A stretch of DNA of 64,000 nt. Origin: Pseudomonas sp. (lineage in GTDB: Bacteria > Pseudomonadota > Gammaproteobacteria > Pseudomonadales > Pseudomonadaceae). Made by a program: the position numbers and the translations under genes. Shown here piece after piece: positions 60,866 through 64,000 of this stretch; the stretch's first letter is position 1; the number at the start of each line of letters is the position of its first letter. Where the stretch lies: positions 2,385 to 66,384 of the forward strand of contig NZ_JAUXMX010000034.1 in NCBI RefSeq assembly GCF_030683065.1, in the 5' to 3' direction. A model generated the notes under the pieces. The model searched no databases, was not told the DNA's origin, and worked only from the letters and a program-made list of their open reading frames with translations.

Positions 60866-61615
60866 ATGTTATCAGTCAAAGACTTACACGCAAAAGTTGA
60901 AGGCCTTGAAATTCTTAAGGGTCTTGCTATCGAGATCAAGCCCGGCGAAGTGCATGCCATTATGGGCCCCAATGGTTCCGGCAAAAGCACCTTGGGCAAT
61001 GTGCTCTCGGGGCGTCCGGGCTATGAAGCCACTGCGGGCGTCATCACCTTCAAGGGCCATGATTTGCTGGCCATGAGCACCGAAGAGCGTGCTCGTGAAG
61101 GCTTGTTTCTGGCTTTCCAGTACCCAGTGGAAATTCCTGGCGTGAGCAATATGGAATTTCTCAAGGTGTCGGTGGATGCCAAGCGCAAGCACGCTGGCCT
61201 GCCTGCGCTGTCGGCGGTCGAGTTTATGAAACTGGCTCGGGCTACCAGTCAGCGAGTGGATCTTGATGCGAGCTTTTTAAAGCGCGGGGTTAACGAAGGT
61301 TTTTCCGGCGGCGAGAAAAAGCGCAACGAGATCATGCAGATGATGCTGCTTGAACCTGATCTGTGCATTCTCGATGAAACCGACTCGGGGCTGGATATCG
61401 ATGCCCTGCAATTGGTCGCCGAAGGCGTTAACAGCATGCGTGACGGCAAGCGTAGCTTTATCGTGGTGACCCACTACCAGCGTCTGCTGGACTACATCGT
61501 GCCGGATTTTGTACATGTGCTGGCCGATGGCCGTATCGTCAAATCCGGTGACAAGAGCCTGGCCCTCGAATTGGAAGCCAAAGGTTACAGCTGGTTGGAA
61601 AACGAGGTCGCCTGA
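60866..61615 (+). CDS. sufC: Fe-S cluster assembly ATPase SufC
   Basis: Start at MLSVKDLHAKVEG (ATG 60866). Walker A GPNGSGKST and ABC signature FSGGEKKR. Confidence 0.95.
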   Translation: MLSVKDLHAKVEGLEILKGLAIEIKPGEVHAIMGPNGSGKSTLGNVLSGRPGYEATAGVITFKGHDLLAMSTEERAREGLFLAFQYPVEIPGVSNMEFLKVSVDAKRKHAGLPALSAVEFMKLARATSQRVDLDASFLKRGVNEGFSGGEKKRNEIMQMMLLEPDLCILDETDSGLDIDALQLVAEGVNSMRDGKRSFIVVTHYQRLLDYIVPDFVHVLADGRIVKSGDKSLALELEAKGYSWLENEVA

Positions 61616-61619
61616 AACC

Positions 61620-62927
61620 ATGACTGACTTTCAAAAAAACGCCATCACCCTGGCTGCCGAGCAAAGCACGCCGGCCTGGCTAGCTGCCTTGCGCCATCAG
61701 GGCGCAGCCGACTGGTCGGCGGCCGCTTGGCCAGGGCGCAAAACCGAGCTATGGCAGAACACCACGCTGGCCCCCCTGCAAACCAACGGCCCAGTCCGCT
61801 GGGCCTCTGCTGGTACTAACGACTGGCAGGCCAGCGTCGAAACCATGCCGTTGGACGCTACCCGGCTGGTGTTTGTCAACGGTCAGTTCGCTGCCGAGCA
61901 TTCCAGCCCATTGCCGGAAGAAGTGGTGCGCTTTGCCGATGCCAATGCCGCACAGCAACAGCTGATTGAGCAGCACTTGGGGCAGGTGGTCGATGTCCAG
62001 CGGCACCTGTTTGCTGCACTCAGCAACGCTTGGCTTGCGGATGGGATTCTGCTGCAGGTGCGTCAAGGTCAGACGCTCGACAAGCCGGTGTATATTCTCA
62101 ACGTCTCGACCCCCGAGGCGCAGCCTGCGGTGAGCAATCAGCGCGTGCTGTTAGTGCTGGAAGACAGCAGCCAGGCGGAAGTCATCGAGCATTACGTTTC
62201 CAGCTCTGCGCAACAGAATGGCTTCGTCAATTGCCTGACCGAGATAGTGGTGGGTGCCAATGCCCGGCTGCAGCATTACCGCATCAACCTGGAGCAGGAA
62301 GACCTGCTGCATGTCGGTGGCGTGCATGTGAACCTGCAACGCGACGCGCATTTTTACGGTTTCACCCTGGCCCAGGGTAGCCGCCTGAAACGCATCGACT
62401 ACCAGGTCAACCACCGTGGCCCAGGTGCGCACCTGGAACTGCACGGCGTCTATCTGCCGCGCAACAAGCAGCAGATCGACTACCACACCAACGTCGAGCA
62501 CTGCGTGCCGCACTGCACTACCAAGGAAATTTTCCGCGGCATTATTGGTGATTCGGCCAGGGCGGTGTTCAACGGGCGCATTCATATCCATCCCCAGGCC
62601 CAGAAGACCTTGGCCGAGCTCAGCAACAAGAACCTGCTGACCTCGCGCAGCGCCGAGGTTTACACCAAGCCGGAGCTGGAAATCTACGCCGACGATGTGC
62701 GCTGCGCCCATGGTGCGACCATCACCCAGCTCGATCAGACCTCGCTGTTTTACCTGCAGAGCCGCGGGCTGTCGCATGCCGAGGCCATGAGCATGCTCAG
62801 TTTCGGGTTTATCAATGAGCTGCTTAACCAGGTGCCGGAGCCGGCCATTCAGGCCTATTTGCGCCCGCGCATCGCTGCTCTGCTTGGCCGTGAAGCAGTC
62901 CATCTGGAGCAACTGAACGATGAGTGA
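61620..62927 (+). CDS. sufD: Fe-S cluster assembly protein SufD
   Basis: Start at MTDFQKNAITLAAEQ (ATG 61620), giving 435 aa. SufB/D-family C-terminal beta-helix. Confidence 0.9.
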   Translation: MTDFQKNAITLAAEQSTPAWLAALRHQGAADWSAAAWPGRKTELWQNTTLAPLQTNGPVRWASAGTNDWQASVETMPLDATRLVFVNGQFAAEHSSPLPEEVVRFADANAAQQQLIEQHLGQVVDVQRHLFAALSNAWLADGILLQVRQGQTLDKPVYILNVSTPEAQPAVSNQRVLLVLEDSSQAEVIEHYVSSSAQQNGFVNCLTEIVVGANARLQHYRINLEQEDLLHVGGVHVNLQRDAHFYGFTLAQGSRLKRIDYQVNHRGPGAHLELHGVYLPRNKQQIDYHTNVEHCVPHCTTKEIFRGIIGDSARAVFNGRIHIHPQAQKTLAELSNKNLLTSRSAEVYTKPELEIYADDVRCAHGATITQLDQTSLFYLQSRGLSHAEAMSMLSFGFINELLNQVPEPAIQAYLRPRIAALLGREAVHLEQLNDE

Positions 62928-64000
62928 GCACGCCCTGCAACCGCTGCCGAGCTTTGACGCCGAACGGGTCCGCAAGGATTTTCCGATTCTGCACCAACAG
63001 GTCAACGGTCATCCGCTGGTTTACCTGGACAATGCCGCCACCACGCAAAAACCCGAGGTGGTGATTCAGGCCATCGTCGATTACTACCGCCAGGACAACA
63101 GCAATGTGCACCGTGGCGCTCACGCCCTGGCCGAGCGCGCTACCGAGAAATTCGAGGCGGCGCGCGGCAAGGTCGCCGGTTTGCTCAATGCGCCGCACAG
63201 CCGGCAGATTATCTGGACCCGTGGCACCACCGAGGGCATCAATCTGGTAGCCGCCAGTTGGGGGCGCAGTCAGTTGCAGGCCGGCGACCGGATTTTGGTT
63301 TCGGCCATGGAGCATCACTCCAATATCGTGCCCTGGCAGATGATTGCCGCCGAGCGCGGTGCCACGGTCGAGGCGATTCCGGTGGATGCCAGCGGCACGC
63401 TGAACATGAGCGCTTTTGCCGACATGCTTGATGAGCGTGTACGCATGGTCGCCTGCGCGCAGGTGTCTAACGCCTTGGGCAGTATCAACCCGGTTGAGGA
63501 CATCGTGCGCATGGCCCATGGCGTAGGTGCACTGTGCCTGGTCGACGGTGCCCAGGCCATCAGCCATTGGCCGGTGGATGTGCAGGCGCTGGACTGCGAT
63601 TTTTATGTGTTTTCCGCCCACAAGCTGTTTGGCCCCACCGGGCTGGGCGTGTTGTATGGCAAGGCTCAATTGCTGGAAAGCATGCCGCCTTACCAAGGGG
63701 GCGGTGAGATGATCGAATCGGTGAGTTTTGCCGGCACCACCTACAACCAGCTGCCTTACAAGTTTGAAGCAGGCACCCCGGATATTGCCGGGGTGATTGG
63801 ACTCGGTGCAGCCGTTGATTATGTGCAAAGCCTTGACCGCGTGGCCGCGGCGGCGCACGAACAGGCTTTGCTGGCCTATGCCGAGGAGCGCGCCAAGGCT
63901 ACGCCGGGGATGCGCCTGGTAGGCACCGCCACGCACAAGGCTGCGGTAATGAGTTTTTTGCTGGAGGGCGCGCATCCGCACGATGTGGGTATGTTGCTCG
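62920..64000 (+). CDS. sufS: cysteine desulfurase SufS (class II), 3'-truncated by the window end
   Basis: Not in the ORF track because no stop falls in the window. Hand translation from ATG 62920 gives MSEHALQPLPSFDAERVRKDFPILHQQVNGHPLVYLDNAATTQKPEV..., the PLP-Lys motif FSAHKLFGPTGLGVLYGK, and HPHDVGMLL at the edge. 8-nt overlap with sufD. Confidence 0.92.
   Translation, partial: MSEHALQPLPSFDAERVRKDFPILHQQVNGHPLVYLDNAATTQKPEVVIQAIVDYYRQDNSNVHRGAHALAERATEKFEAARGKVAGLLNAPHSRQIIWTRGTTEGINLVAASWGRSQLQAGDRILVSAMEHHSNIVPWQMIAAERGATVEAIPVDASGTLNMSAFADMLDERVRMVACAQVSNALGSINPVEDIVRMAHGVGALCLVDGAQAISHWPVDVQALDCDFYVFSAHKLFGPTGLGVLYGKAQLLESMPPYQGGGEMIESVSFAGTTYNQLPYKFEAGTPDIAGVIGLGAAVDYVQSLDRVAAAAHEQALLAYAEERAKATPGMRLVGTATHKAAVMSFLLEGAHPHDVGMLL

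Noticed and set aside
62824-63981. 385-codon minus-strand ORF at the right edge
   Set aside because: The plus strand here encodes an unmistakable SufS (YLDNAATTQKP, SAHKLFGPTG, HPHDVG). SufS is absent from the track only because it lacks a stop within the window. The minus ORF is its antisense shadow.

Overview
High-GC gammaproteobacterial chromosome segment with Pseudomonas-type gene content and synteny. The organism call rests on remembered gene order, not on a search. Layout: (1) nt 1-5190 is a lower-GC, accessory-looking block holding the 3' end of a response-regulator-like gene, a PAS histidine kinase, a PhzF-family isomerase, a short SDR, a LysR regulator and two small signal-peptide ORFs. 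(2) nt 5194-9951 holds small housekeeping and hypothetical genes (GST, EamA transporter, SDR, membrane proteins). (3) nt 10097-26813 is a complete 12-gene alginate operon, algD-alg8-alg44-algK-algE-algG-algX-algL-algI-algJ-algF-algA, on the minus strand. It has an AlgU(sigma-E)-type promoter with an inverted AlgR box at 27164-27203 and a strong terminator at 10040-10067. (4) Next come yaaA, a His-rich CDF metal exporter, a PIN-PhoH ATPase, moaC-moaD-moaE, rlmA, dapE, tcdA, csdE, dapD, an ArsC-family gene, dapC, glnD and map. The conserved block rpsB-tsf-pyrH-frr-uppS-cdsA-dxr-rseP-bamA-skp-lpxD-fabZ-lpxA-lpxB-rnhB follows. (5) After rnhB there is about 1 kb of degenerate DNA, including a decayed Rrf2/IscR-type regulator gene, and then sufB-sufC-sufD-sufS. 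sufS runs off the window end and is therefore missing from the ORF track. I found no obvious new multi-gene system (defence, secretion, toxin). The signals most worth a second look are these. (a) csdA is reduced to a 49-codon stub that still overlaps the csdE start, in a genome that carries an apparently acquired suf operon with its own SufS. (b) The suf operon sits at the rnhB junction with a pseudogenised Rrf2 regulator but a retained IscR-like operator. (c) A family of roughly 110-150-bp imperfect palindromic elements sits inside operons. One splits moaD from moaE and base-pairs with the moaE Shine-Dalgarno, and several punctuate the alginate operon. (d) A (GATCAC)7 coding microsatellite lies in the metal-exporter His-rich loop. 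No tRNA, rRNA, CRISPR, IS, transposase or integrase was recognised. All homology statements come from memory of protein families, and GC statements are spot counts of a few 60-nt lines.
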